Assembly (NCBI GenBank): GCA_002372935.1
Contig: DFJF01000010.1
Coordinates: forward strand, 1-62,922
Direction of reading: 5' to 3'
DNA: 62,922 bases
From: Clostridiales bacterium UBA3678
GTDB taxonomy: Bacteria; Bacillota; Clostridia; TANB77; CAG-508
Shown here: in pieces, positions 1 to 11,227 of the stretch
Layout: each line of letters begins with the position of its first letter
Position numbering within the stretch: position 1 is the first letter of the stretch
Translations under genes and position numbers: made by a program
The notes under the pieces: model-generated
Seen by the model: the letters and a program-made list of their open reading frames with translations, nothing else
Database searches by the model: none
What the model was told of the DNA's origin: nothing

Positions 1-300
1 TGAAATACATTTGGACTAAAAATGGGTGACTTAATTTCGAAAGTAAATTTCTTTCATTAATGATATCTTTATATGAATTTTCTTCTAAGGATTTCAATTT
101 TGAAATTCGTTTCATAGCAAATTTTTTTTTGAATTTATTATCTATCACAAACCATATTGTACTATCCGAACCTGTAGATATTATTTTCTTTTTTGTGAAA
201 TAGGATGCGTTAACTATCAAAAATAGTTATAAATGATTTAATTACTGATGAAATCATCTGGTAAAGTTTCGAAACTGTTTTTGGATGAACAATTTCCCAT
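1..300 (-). CDS. Partial eukaryotic AGC-type Ser/Thr protein kinase (exon 300-246, 32-nt GT-AG intron 245-214, exon 213-1; runs off the window)
   Basis: Removing GTAATT...GATAG restores the frame: MGNCSSKNSFETLPDDFIINASYFTKKKIISTGSDSTIWFVIDNKFKKKFAMKRISKLKSLEENSYKDIINERNLLSKLSHPFLVQMYF. It has the FAMK lysine, alphaC Glu (NERNLL), HPFLV motif and an MGNC myristoylation-like start. Confidence 0.75.
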
Positions 301-307
301 ATAAATT

Positions 308-871
308 TTATTTATAAAAAAATAATCTTGTATTTAAAAATGAAAATAATATTTTTTCTATTTCTTCTTTTTTATCTATATCTTTTACATTATTTCCACA
401 TCTTAATAAACATTCTTTAATTTTATAATATTTGTCATTTAATTCTTCTGAAATTAAATCTTCAATATTATTTTCTGGATTTTTATTTTGATCTATAATT
501 ATATAAAAATCTTTTGAACTTGAATTTTTTACAGAATTAATTTTGTTAATAAATTGAATATAATTTTTTCCAATTTCATATAAGTAATTTTTATTTTCAA
601 TTTTTAAATTTTTTTCAATATTTATTATGTTATTTTTTAAATCTTGTTTGTTACTTTGGATTAAAATTTGAACATTAAAATTACATGTTTTTAAAAATAT
701 TTTATAAGAATTTAAAATAGCTTCTTTTTCAAGATTTGATTTTAAATTAAAATTAATTGGAGTAACTTTGATTATTTTTATGTATTTATTATTTTTAAAT
801 TTTATAATTCCATTTTTTAAAATTTTTTCTATTCCAATCCAATCTTGAACTGATAAATCTTTTTGATTCAT
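308..871 (-). CDS. TraC/TcpE-like T4SS-associated protein, paralog of 20223..21455
   Basis: Aligns by eye: PINFNLKSNLEKEAI..FLKTCNFNVQILIQSNKQDL vs GINYDLMSGVEKSGV..YLNSLRYPIQIYIQTRTVDL. Confidence 0.6.
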   Translation of the reverse strand: MNQKDLSVQDWIGIEKILKNGIIKFKNNKYIKIIKVTPINFNLKSNLEKEAILNSYKIFLKTCNFNVQILIQSNKQDLKNNIINIEKNLKIENKNYLYEIGKNYIQFINKINSVKNSSSKDFYIIIDQNKNPENNIEDLISEELNDKYYKIKECLLRCGNNVKDIDKKEEIEKILFSFLNTRLFFYK

Positions 872-946
872 AATTTTTGAGATTAATTTAAGGATTTTAA
901 TTAATTAATATAATATCACAAAATACTGAAATGTCAAGAAAAACCG

Positions 947-953
947 TTCGACA
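947..953 (-). promoter_or_regulatory. Spo0A box (TGTCGAA) upstream of ORF 308..871
   Basis: Exact 0A-box consensus just upstream of a TTGACA -35 on the minus strand. Confidence 0.45.
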
Positions 954-992
954 GATTTTGACATTATTTTTTTATTATTTTTTTATTTTTTT

Positions 993-1021
993 GTATATTA
1001 TTTTTTTATTTGTACATAATA
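993..1021 (+). promoter_or_regulatory. Sigma-G-type promoter
   Basis: GTATA-N17-CATAATA, matching the forespore sigma-G consensus. Confidence 0.55.
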
Positions 1022-1024
1022 TGA

Positions 1025-1448
1025 TTGTAAGGTTAATAATAGTTAAGCGAAAAAAATTAATAGATTAAAATATATTTTAGTTTATTAATTTTTGAGAAAA
1101 GATATATAATGGTTTTTAATATAGATTATTTTATGTCACATTTAAGAATATATTATTTGTACGCAAGCTGTATAGGTACAAACTATATGGTTACAATATA
1201 GGTGATATATTTGAGCTAAAATGATTATTATATTTATTAATGGTTTTTAGTAGTCCTTTTATGGATAAATAAAGTTGTTAAAGGTGTATTAATTGTCGAG
1301 CAACTGATTAATATATTTGGTAAATAGCTTATTTGTATAGAAATATGCATTAGGTTAAAATATTAGGTATATTAGTTTTAGCTAAGATTATTATTAGCTT
1401 TATAAGAAAATAGCCGGGGTTATATAATTTCCCCTGGCTATTTTTTTT
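1025..1448 (+). ncRNA. Putative large structured non-coding RNA, family unknown
   Basis: 19-bp closing helix 1025-1043/1387-1405 plus several long internal helices whose non-WC pairs are mostly G-U on the + strand; no ORF of 60 aa or more; promoter upstream, terminator downstream. Confidence 0.65.
1407..1448. terminator. Intrinsic terminator, bidirectional (putative ncRNA and gyrB)
   Basis: AAAATAGCCGGGG...CCCCTGGCTATTTTTTTT; longer U-tract on the + strand. Confidence 0.8.
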
Positions 1449-1449
1449 A

Positions 1450-3402
<1,953 letters not shown>

Positions 3403-3553
3403 TTATTAAAATTATTTTTTCATTTACATATTATATAATAATTGTATTTTTTTATTTTGTCAAATTTTTTTAGTAATTATTAAAATTTTAAATATATTTT
3501 ATTTTCAAATTTATGTAAGTAATCAAAAGAGTCTGCAAGTGAAAATTGATAAA

Positions 3554-4621
3554 TTAAATATCTTCAATTAAAATTCCATTTTTCACATTAAAAAATTTAA
3601 CGTTTTTATTTTTTAAATTAATTTTGTCAGTACATGTAATAATTATTTGAGTATCTTTTATATTTTCTAAAAAATTTTTTCTTCTTATTTCATCTAATTC
3701 TGACATAAAATCATCTAATAATAAAATTGGATTTTCTCCTATTTCATCATAAATAACTTGAAGCTCAGAAATTTTTAATGATAAAACTGCAGATCTATGT
3801 TGTCCCTGTGAACCATAAATATTTACTGGGAGTCCATTTATTAATACAGAAAAATCATCTCTATGAATTCCCTTTGTTGTATATCCTTTTATTATATCTA
3901 ATTTTTTTCTTTGTTTTAATAAATTTAAATATGCTCCTTTATTTTCACAATTTGAAATATAATTTATTTCAATATTTTCTTTATCATTTGTAATATTATT
4001 ATGAATTTTTTTTATTTTATTTTTTATTTTTTCAATAAATTCTTTTCTATAATTATAAATTTCACAACCATATTCTGCTAATTTCTCATCATAAATTTCT
4101 AAAAAATCATCTTTAATATTTTGCGTATTTTTTAAATATGCATTTCTTTCTTCCAAAGTTTTTTTATACATACTATATATATGCATATATTTAGGTCTTA
4201 ATTGGCTAATCATGACATCTAAAAATTTTCTTCTATTTTCTGGTCCACCTTTTAAAATATTAATATCATCGGGAGTAAAAATAACAACATTTATATTTCC
4301 AAGAAAATCACTTAATTTTTTTATTCTAATTTTATTTATATATATATTTTTTTTATTTCCTATTTCTACAATAATATTTCCTCTTCTATCTGATTTTTCA
4401 TAATTAATTTCCACTTTACAATTTTCTTCATTAAATTTGATTAATTCTTTGTCTTTATTTGTCCTAAAAGATTTTCCTATACTACTTAAATAAATTGCTT
4501 CTATTATATTTGTTTTTCCTTGTGCATTTTCTCCATAAAAAATATTTATATTTTTATTTAATTTTAATTCAGCATTTTTATAATTTCTAAAATTATTTAT
4601 TTTTATTTCATCTATCCACAT
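3554..4621 (-). CDS. recF: DNA replication/repair protein RecF
   Basis: GENAQGKTN Walker A, GSQGQ, LLLDD; start placed at ATG 4621 after GGAGA. Confidence 0.96.
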   Translation of the reverse strand: MWIDEIKINNFRNYKNAELKLNKNINIFYGENAQGKTNIIEAIYLSSIGKSFRTNKDKELIKFNEENCKVEINYEKSDRRGNIIVEIGNKKNIYINKIRIKKLSDFLGNINVVIFTPDDINILKGGPENRRKFLDVMISQLRPKYMHIYSMYKKTLEERNAYLKNTQNIKDDFLEIYDEKLAEYGCEIYNYRKEFIEKIKNKIKKIHNNITNDKENIEINYISNCENKGAYLNLLKQRKKLDIIKGYTTKGIHRDDFSVLINGLPVNIYGSQGQHRSAVLSLKISELQVIYDEIGENPILLLDDFMSELDEIRRKNFLENIKDTQIIITCTDKINLKNKNVKFFNVKNGILIEDI

Positions 4622-4639
4622 GTTATTCTCCATTTATTA

Positions 4640-5215
4640 ATAATCTAAAAATATAAAAACTCGTAAAATAAATTTTTACGCTCTATTTTTTGTTATTTTT
4701 TGTTATTTTATTTCAATTATATATTTTTTTCGATTTTACACGATTTTTTTATTTTTTTTTTGTTTTTTTTCGAATTTATTTAAAAAATAAATTTATTCAA
4801 TTATTTATTTAATTTTTAATTATTTATTTTTTAATTTAAATAACAAAATCAAATTAATTATTTTTTATTTTTATTTTTTAAAAAGAATTTTTTTTGTATT
4901 TTTTTATTTTAATTTATTTGATTTCAAATTATTTTTTTATGTTTTTTCCTGAATTATGCCGTATTTGCTGAAAAATATATTTTTTTCGATTTTTTACGAT
5001 TTTTTATATATTTTATTCGATTTTATTCGATTTTTTTCATTTATAAAATTTAGATTTTTATTATTTTTTTTATCAATATAAAATTATTCAATTAAAAAAT
5101 AATATTGTCTTATTTTTGATTCTCACGCTTCGTTTTTTTTAAATTATTTTATTTTTCCTCAATTTTTTTATTTTATTATTTTTATTTCCACATTTTGTTA
5201 ATATTTTGTGGATAT
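4640..5215. repeat. T-tract-rich spacer with repeated CGATTTT motifs and a pair of DnaA-box-like sites (~5186-5213)
   Basis: e.g. TTCGATTTTTTACGATTTTTT...TTCGATTTTATTCGATTTTTTT with ~10-11 bp period; no ORF. Confidence 0.45.
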
Positions 5216-5265
5216 CATTTTTCTTTTTAAAAAATTATGACTGGTAACTACCAGCCATAAAATTA

Positions 5266-6384
5266 TTATTCACTTTTTAGTCTAATTGGTAAAATCATAT
5301 AAACATAATCATTATTTTCAACTGATTTTACTAAACATGGCGAAATATTGCTACCAAATTCAACAAAAATTTCTTCATCATCAATGGCTTTTAGACAATC
5401 AAGGAAATATTTTGGATTAAATCCTGCTTCAAGATATTTACCTTCTGTAGAAATATAAACATCTTCTTTTGCTTCACCTGTTTGGTTTGTACAAGATATT
5501 GTCATTTTTCCGATGTCAACAGCTACTTTTACTGGATATTTCTTTTCTTTCTCAATACTTGATGAAGAAATTAAACTAATTCTTTCAAAGCTGTTTTGTA
5601 AATCTTTTTTATTTACTCTAACTCTTGTTTGCCATGATGTGGGTATAACAGAATTATAATTTAAAAACTCTCCATCTAAAATTCTTGTAACAAGCTTGCA
5701 ATTTTCCATTTCAAATAGCGCTTGGTTTTTTGCCACTCCTATTTTTACAGTTTCAAAAGAATCTGATAAAATTTTAATAACTTCATTTAATGTTTTTGCT
5801 GGTATTACTGCTTTAAAATCATTAACAGGAACTGGTAAATTAATATTTCTTAATGCAAGTCTAAATCCATCTATAGCAACAATATTTAGCTTATTATTTT
5901 TTATTTCAAATAAACAACCAGAAAAAATTGGTCTATTTTCATCTGTACTTACTGCAAAGATTGTTTTTTTAATCATATTTTTTAAAGTACCTTGTTCTAC
6001 AATTATTGAATTTTCTATTTCTATTTTCGGTAATTCTGGAAATTCATCTGGATTCATAGTAGCAAGCTTATATAAAGAACCTTCGCATTCAATTATCAAT
6101 AAATTATTTTCATTAACACTAATATTAATTTCAGAATTAGGTAATTTTCTGATTATTTCTGTAAACATTGTAGCATTTACTACTGTACTTCCATTTTCTA
6201 CAATATCACATTTCATTGTATATTCTATACCAATTTCTAAATCATATGTGGTTAATTTTATTTCATCTTCATTTGTTTGAATAAGAATTCCTTCTAGTAT
6301 AGGCATTGTAGTTTTAGAAGCTACTCCTTTTACTACGGAATTCAGTGCTTTTATGATATTATCTTTATAGCAAACGAATTTCAT
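5266..6384 (-). CDS. dnaN: DNA polymerase III beta clamp
   Basis: MPILEGILI, DGFRLA, GFNPKY, ILPIR; downstream of dnaA. Confidence 0.97.
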   Translation of the reverse strand: MKFVCYKDNIIKALNSVVKGVASKTTMPILEGILIQTNEDEIKLTTYDLEIGIEYTMKCDIVENGSTVVNATMFTEIIRKLPNSEINISVNENNLLIIECEGSLYKLATMNPDEFPELPKIEIENSIIVEQGTLKNMIKKTIFAVSTDENRPIFSGCLFEIKNNKLNIVAIDGFRLALRNINLPVPVNDFKAVIPAKTLNEVIKILSDSFETVKIGVAKNQALFEMENCKLVTRILDGEFLNYNSVIPTSWQTRVRVNKKDLQNSFERISLISSSSIEKEKKYPVKVAVDIGKMTISCTNQTGEAKEDVYISTEGKYLEAGFNPKYFLDCLKAIDDEEIFVEFGSNISPCLVKSVENNDYVYMILPIRLKSE

Positions 6385-6419
6385 TTTTATCATCCTTTCA
6401 TTTTTTGCGAATAAACGCT

Positions 6420-6640
6420 ATAATATTATTTTAATATTAATTAATATATTTAGTAGTAGTAGTAGTAGGTCATGTGGAAAGTGTGGAAAACTTTGTTGAT
6501 AACTTATCGCCGTATGTTTTTGCGTGTGGATAACTCTGTGGATAACTTAGGGTAGTTTTCCACACAATTCACATTTTATTTGCGGAAATTGGTTATCCAC
6601 ATGTTTTCAACACGTTATCCACAAAGTGGTGTTGATAACT
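6420..6640. other. oriC unwinding region: AT-rich DUE, DnaA-trios (TAG x6 at 6451-6468) and about 10 DnaA boxes
   Basis: TAGTAGTAGTAGTAGTAG next to a TGTGGAAA/TGTGGATAA/TTATCCACA cluster between dnaA and dnaN. Confidence 0.92.
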
Positions 6641-6740
6641 AATGTAGTGTTTCCGTAAGAAGAGATTGAATTGCTTTTTTCAAACAAAGTTTTTTCCAAA
6701 CATAAATTTTAAAAAAATCAATTTTAATTTGACATTTCAA

Positions 6741-8129
6741 TTATTCATTATTTAAAATTATGTTTTTCACACTTTCCACAATTAATTTTGTATTATTTTT
6801 TTCCTTAACATCTTTCTCTATTTTTTTGTATGCATGCATTACTGTTGAATGATCTCTATTTCCAAAGTCTATTCCTATTTGTGGAAATGTCATATTAGCT
6901 ACTTCTCTACATAAATACATAGCAATTTGTCTTGGAAAAGCAATATCATTTGACCTTTTGTTACCAGCTAAATCTTTTTTATCAATGCTAAAATATTTAG
7001 CAACAACATCTTGTATAAAGTCTGATGAAATTACTTTTTCTTTTTTAGAAATAAATTCATTTATAACATTTTCTGCAAGTTCTATTGTTATTGGAATATG
7101 GGTTAAAGAAGCTCGAGCTACAATTTTGTTAAAAACTCCTTCAAGTTCTCTAATGTTTGAATCAATTTTTGTAGCAATATCTGATAATATTTCGTCATCA
7201 ATAATTATTGCTTCATCTTGAGCTTTTTTTCTAAGTATGGCGACTCTTGTTTCATAATCTGGATTAGAAATATCTGCTGTAAGTCCCCATTCAAATCTTG
7301 ATTTTAATCTATCTTGTAGAAATTGAATATCACGAGGATGTGTATCACTTGATATAATTATTTGTTTTTCATTTTCATACAAAGTATTAAAAGTATGGAA
7401 AAACTCCTCTTGAACTCTCTCCTTTTTTGCAATGAATTGAATATCATCAATTATTAACACATCTGCAGTTCTATATTTGTTTCTAAATGGATCATTCTTA
7501 AAGTCCTTTATAGAGTTTATTAATTGATTTGTAAATTTTTCTGATGTGACATAAACTACATTCATTTTTCTGTTGTTTTGAAGAATGCGATTTCCAATTG
7601 CTTGCATAAGATGAGTTTTTCCAAGTCCTACACCCCCATATATATAAAATGGATTGTATGTTTTAGCTGGATTATCAGCTACTGCAAGAGCTGCAGCTTG
7701 TGCAAGTCTATTATTACTCCCAACGACAAAAGTGTCAAAAGTATATTTGGGATTTAATGATTGACGTGCTGAAGTAGCCTCATCTTCATCTTCTTCTGGT
7801 TGATGAACCGATATGATTTCTGGTTCTTGATTTTGTTGTATTTCTTGATGGCCGTTTTGTTTTTTCTTGTCTTCATCTAGAGAATGAATAGAAAAAGTAA
7901 AATCTCTATTTGTAACATATTTCAGTGCATTGATAAGTAATGAGGCATATCTTGTTTCAGCTGTTTCCTTTTCATATTTTGAATTACACTGAAAAGTTAT
8001 ATGATTACCTTCTATTGATTCATACCTTAAAACTTCGAGATAAGTTGAATAAGTTATATTAGGAATTTCTTGTTTTAAAGCTGCCTGCATTTTATCAACT
8101 ATTTCTTGGCCATTCATCGAAGAATCCAT
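6741..8129 (-). CDS. dnaA: Chromosomal replication initiator DnaA
   Basis: YTFDTFVVG, GGVGLGKTHL, RDHSTVMHA; start at ATG 8129 after GGAGG. Confidence 0.98.
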   Translation of the reverse strand: MDSSMNGQEIVDKMQAALKQEIPNITYSTYLEVLRYESIEGNHITFQCNSKYEKETAETRYASLLINALKYVTNRDFTFSIHSLDEDKKKQNGHQEIQQNQEPEIISVHQPEEDEDEATSARQSLNPKYTFDTFVVGSNNRLAQAAALAVADNPAKTYNPFYIYGGVGLGKTHLMQAIGNRILQNNRKMNVVYVTSEKFTNQLINSIKDFKNDPFRNKYRTADVLIIDDIQFIAKKERVQEEFFHTFNTLYENEKQIIISSDTHPRDIQFLQDRLKSRFEWGLTADISNPDYETRVAILRKKAQDEAIIIDDEILSDIATKIDSNIRELEGVFNKIVARASLTHIPITIELAENVINEFISKKEKVISSDFIQDVVAKYFSIDKKDLAGNKRSNDIAFPRQIAMYLCREVANMTFPQIGIDFGNRDHSTVMHAYKKIEKDVKEKNNTKLIVESVKNIILNNE

Positions 8130-8224
8130 AAAAAAAACCTCCGTTTCTGACATAAAGTCTAAAATAAATATATTAACAAAATGTAACTAATTATGTAACA
8201 TTTTGGCAAATATTGAAATTAAAA

Positions 8225-8420
8225 AGTTATCCACAAAGTTATCCACATTTGTTGATAACTTTGTAATAAATCTGTAAAAATCAAATTATTATACAAACAT
8301 AAATTCATACTGCAAAAAGCCTAATCCTAAGGCACTTTGCGATTTGCTTTTTAAAAAAATTAAGAAAATTTTAAAATGAAAAAAAGTATTCACAGAATGT
8401 GGATAAGTTGTGGATAACCT
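8225..8420. promoter_or_regulatory. Upstream DnaA-box cluster (second half of bipartite oriC / dnaA autoregulation)
   Basis: TTATCCACA x2 and TGTGGATAA x2, plus degenerate boxes. Confidence 0.85.
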
Positions 8421-8666
8421 TTTATAAATTTACAAAATTTTCAAAATAATATTTAAAAAAGTTATACAACATTTTTTTATAAAATGCAACCAAATTTTCA
8501 AAAAAATATAAAAAAAAAGTCTGAAACCCTTGTTTCCTTAAGAAAAAATAAAAAAATGTAAAAAATGATTGACAATTTCAAAAAATGATTATATAATATT
8601 TACACTTGCGTTAAAAAGGTTAAAAATAATTTTTTTAATATAAAATATTTAGGAGGTGCTGTAGAA

Positions 8667-8801
8667 ATGAAAATGACATATCAACCAAAAAAAAGACAGA
8701 CAAAAAAAGAGCATGGTTTCTTAAAAAGAATGTCAACAAAATCTGGTAGAAATGTGCTTAAAGCAAGACGTGCAAAAGGCAGAAAGAAAATTTGTGCATA
8801 A
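8667..8801 (+). CDS. rpmH: 50S ribosomal protein L34
   Basis: Hand-translated [44 protein letters not shown]; AGGAGG RBS; absent from ORF track. Confidence 0.97.
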   Translation: MKMTYQPKKRQTKKEHGFLKRMSTKSGRNVLKARRAKGRKKICA

Positions 8802-8821
8802 TTTTAAGGATGATTTTTTAA

Positions 8822-9172
8822 ATGAATAAAACCAAAATGTTAAAGAAAAATTATGAATTTAGTCAGATTTTTTCAAAAGGCAAATATTATTCTGGTAGTG
8901 TGATTGAAGCTTTTATTTTAAAAAATAGGACAAATAGCAATTATTTAGGACTTGCAGTAAGTGCAAAATCAGGACATGCTTATCAGAGAAACAGGATAAA
9001 GAGGCTTTTAAGAGAAAATTATAAAAATTATGAAAGTCAGATTATAGAAGGAATAAGCATCATATTTTTGTTGAAGAAATCAACAAAAATTGATGAAATT
9101 TCTTTTAAGCAAATAAATTATGATATTGAAAAAATATTTAAAAAGGCTAAAATAATAATTGAAAAAGAGTAA
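8822..9172 (+). CDS. rnpA: Ribonuclease P protein component
   Basis: [16 protein letters not shown] motif; synteny. Confidence 0.93.
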   Translation: MNKTKMLKKNYEFSQIFSKGKYYSGSVIEAFILKNRTNSNYLGLAVSAKSGHAYQRNRIKRLLRENYKNYESQIIEGISIIFLLKKSTKIDEISFKQINYDIEKIFKKAKIIIEKE

Positions 9173-9173
9173 G

Positions 9174-9392
9174 ATGAAAAAAGTTTTAATAAAGTTAATA
9201 GAATGGTATCAAAGAAATATATCTGCATGGTTAGATTACAAAAATGTAAAGTGCAAATTTTATCCAACATGCTCAGAATATACAAAACAAGCTATAGAAA
9301 AGTATGGTTGTATAAAAGGTTGTATGCTGGGTTTGTTCAGAATTATAAGATGTAATCCTTTTTCAAAAGGTGGATATGACCCATTAAAATAA
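9174..9392 (+). CDS. yidD: Membrane protein insertion efficiency factor
   Basis: [10 protein letters not shown] and [12 protein letters not shown]. Confidence 0.95.
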   Translation: MKKVLIKLIEWYQRNISAWLDYKNVKCKFYPTCSEYTKQAIEKYGCIKGCMLGLFRIIRCNPFSKGGYDPLK

Positions 9393-9408
9393 AATGTGGA
9401 GGAAATAT

Positions 9409-10437
9409 ATGTTAGCTTTTTTTGCAAATATATTTGGATATGTTTTAGAATTTTTGTATAACATGGTTGGAAATTATGGTGTTGCAATCATATTATTTTC
9501 AGTTCTTGTAAAAGTATTAATGATTCCAATCTCACTAAAACAACAAAAATCAATGAAAAAAAATACAGAAATGCAAGAAGAATTAAAACAGATTCAATTT
9601 AAATATAAAAATGATCCTGAAAAAATGAATCAAGAGGTTATGGCTTTATATAAAAGAGAGGGTGCGAGTCCATTTTCTGGCTGTCTAAGTTCAATTATAC
9701 AAATAGTTTTATTACTTTCGGTATTTTTGTTAGTTAGATCTCCATTAACTTATATGGTAAAGATGGATCCTACTGTAATAGAAAAATTGGAAGCAATAGT
9801 ATCAGAACAAGATTCTAATACTCAAAAAAGTTATGCAGAAATTGCTGTTATCCAATATGTTAGAAAACTTGAAAATGCTGCTTCCGTAAGTAAAAACGAA
9901 AAGAACAATGAAAAAAATATAGAGAATAATTTAGAAAATAATTCTATAGAAACGAATTCAATTGAAAATAATGGTAATACAGATAATGCAAATGTAGAGA
10001 GTACTACTGATGATTTCAAAATTGAGGATTATGTAGATCAAATTAATTTGAATATGAATTTTCTTGGAATTGATTTAAGTCAGGTTCCAACAAGTAATTT
10101 AAAAGATTTTAAAGTTCTTATAATTCCTATATTGTATGTAATATCATCATTTATTTCTATAAGAATGTCATCATCTACAGCTACTTCTAAAAATAAAAAG
10201 GAGAATAAAAAGCTTATTACAGATGGGAATGAAGAAAAAGATGAAGAAAGATACAATCCTGCAGAAGATATAAACAAAACTATGATGTGGATGATGCCTA
10301 TAATGTCAGTTTCTATTGCAATTATTGCACCATTAGGTTTAGCTTTATATTGGTTAATGAACAATATTTTAATGATTGCAGAAAGGTTAGTATATAACAA
10401 AATTTTAAATAAAGAGGAGGCAGAAAAAAATGCCTAA
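9409..10437 (+). CDS. yidC: YidC/Oxa1 membrane protein insertase
   Basis: NYGVAII, PFSGCL, GLALYW; synteny. Confidence 0.93.
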   Translation: MLAFFANIFGYVLEFLYNMVGNYGVAIILFSVLVKVLMIPISLKQQKSMKKNTEMQEELKQIQFKYKNDPEKMNQEVMALYKREGASPFSGCLSSIIQIVLLLSVFLLVRSPLTYMVKMDPTVIEKLEAIVSEQDSNTQKSYAEIAVIQYVRKLENAASVSKNEKNNEKNIENNLENNSIETNSIENNGNTDNANVESTTDDFKIEDYVDQINLNMNFLGIDLSQVPTSNLKDFKVLIIPILYVISSFISIRMSSSTATSKNKKENKKLITDGNEEKDEERYNPAEDINKTMMWMMPIMSVSIAIIAPLGLALYWLMNNILMIAERLVYNKILNKEEAEKNA

Positions 10438-11143
10438 AAGCATAATTTCAGAGGGTAAAACTACAAATGAAGCAATTGAAAATGGATTAACAGAATTACA
10501 CGTTAGTAGGAACGAAGTAGAAATAAAAGTTCTTGAAAATGAAGATAAAAGAAGCTTTTTTAGTATTTTAGCTCCAAGAGTTGTGAAAGTAGAGCTTACT
10601 TTAAAAGAAAAAAATGAAAAAGAAGAAAAAGAACATGGACATCATGAAAATACAATAAAAGAGCCAAAAAAATATTCTACAGAAGAATTAGATTCTGCTG
10701 AAAAAAATATAAAAATATTTTTAGATGAGTTTTTGCCAAAAATTGATGAAAAATCAAGTTATGAAGTTATAAAAACAGAAGCAGGACTCGAAATTTATTT
10801 AAAAGGTAATGGCTTAGGAATTTTAATAGGATATAGAGGAGATACCTTATATTCATTACAAAATATTTTAATATCTATAGCAAGTAAAGGAATAAATACT
10901 AAAATAAGAGTGATTTTGGATATTGAGGGATATAAAGAAAAAAGAGAAAAGACATTAAGAGCTCTAGCAGAAAGAATGGCAAAACAGGTTATAAAAACGG
11001 GAAAATCAGTTACTTTAGAGCCTATGAAAGCCTATGAAAGAAAAATAATACATACAGAATTGCAAGATTCGAGTAAAGTAGAAACATACAGTATTGGTGA
11101 AGAACCAAGAAGAAAAGTAGTTGTTGCTTTAAAAAATAATTAA
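10430..11143 (+). CDS. jag: Jag/EloR (KhpB) RNA-binding protein
   Basis: Jag_N, KH (LIGYRGDTL) and R3H (ERKIIH) domains. Confidence 0.93.
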   Translation: MPKSIISEGKTTNEAIENGLTELHVSRNEVEIKVLENEDKRSFFSILAPRVVKVELTLKEKNEKEEKEHGHHENTIKEPKKYSTEELDSAEKNIKIFLDEFLPKIDEKSSYEVIKTEAGLEIYLKGNGLGILIGYRGDTLYSLQNILISIASKGINTKIRVILDIEGYKEKREKTLRALAERMAKQVIKTGKSVTLEPMKAYERKIIHTELQDSSKVETYSIGEEPRRKVVVALKNN

Positions 11144-11227
11144 ATAAAAAATAAATCAGAAGTCAAAGTTCAGATTTAGTCTTTTATAGATTAATGGGCT
11201 TTGGCTTTTTAAGTTAGGAGGAAAATA

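Noticed and set aside
1025-1405. RNase P RNA, tmRNA or 6S identity for the structured RNA
   Set aside because: No GAGGAAAGUCC-type motif, no tRNA-like ends or tag frame, and multibranched rather than one long rod; judged by eye only.
5696-6280. Long antisense ORFs in the track (also 12064..12627, 32535..33023, 23326..23754, 55495..55929 and others)
   Set aside because: Shadow frames opposite well-supported genes, with no RBS or recognisable motifs.
6451-6468. TAG microsatellite as a novel repeat
   Set aside because: It is the established DnaA-trio element of oriC.
9870-10020. Asn/Glu-rich insert in YidC
   Set aside because: Low-complexity loop expansion with no clear repeat unit; common in AT-rich genomes.
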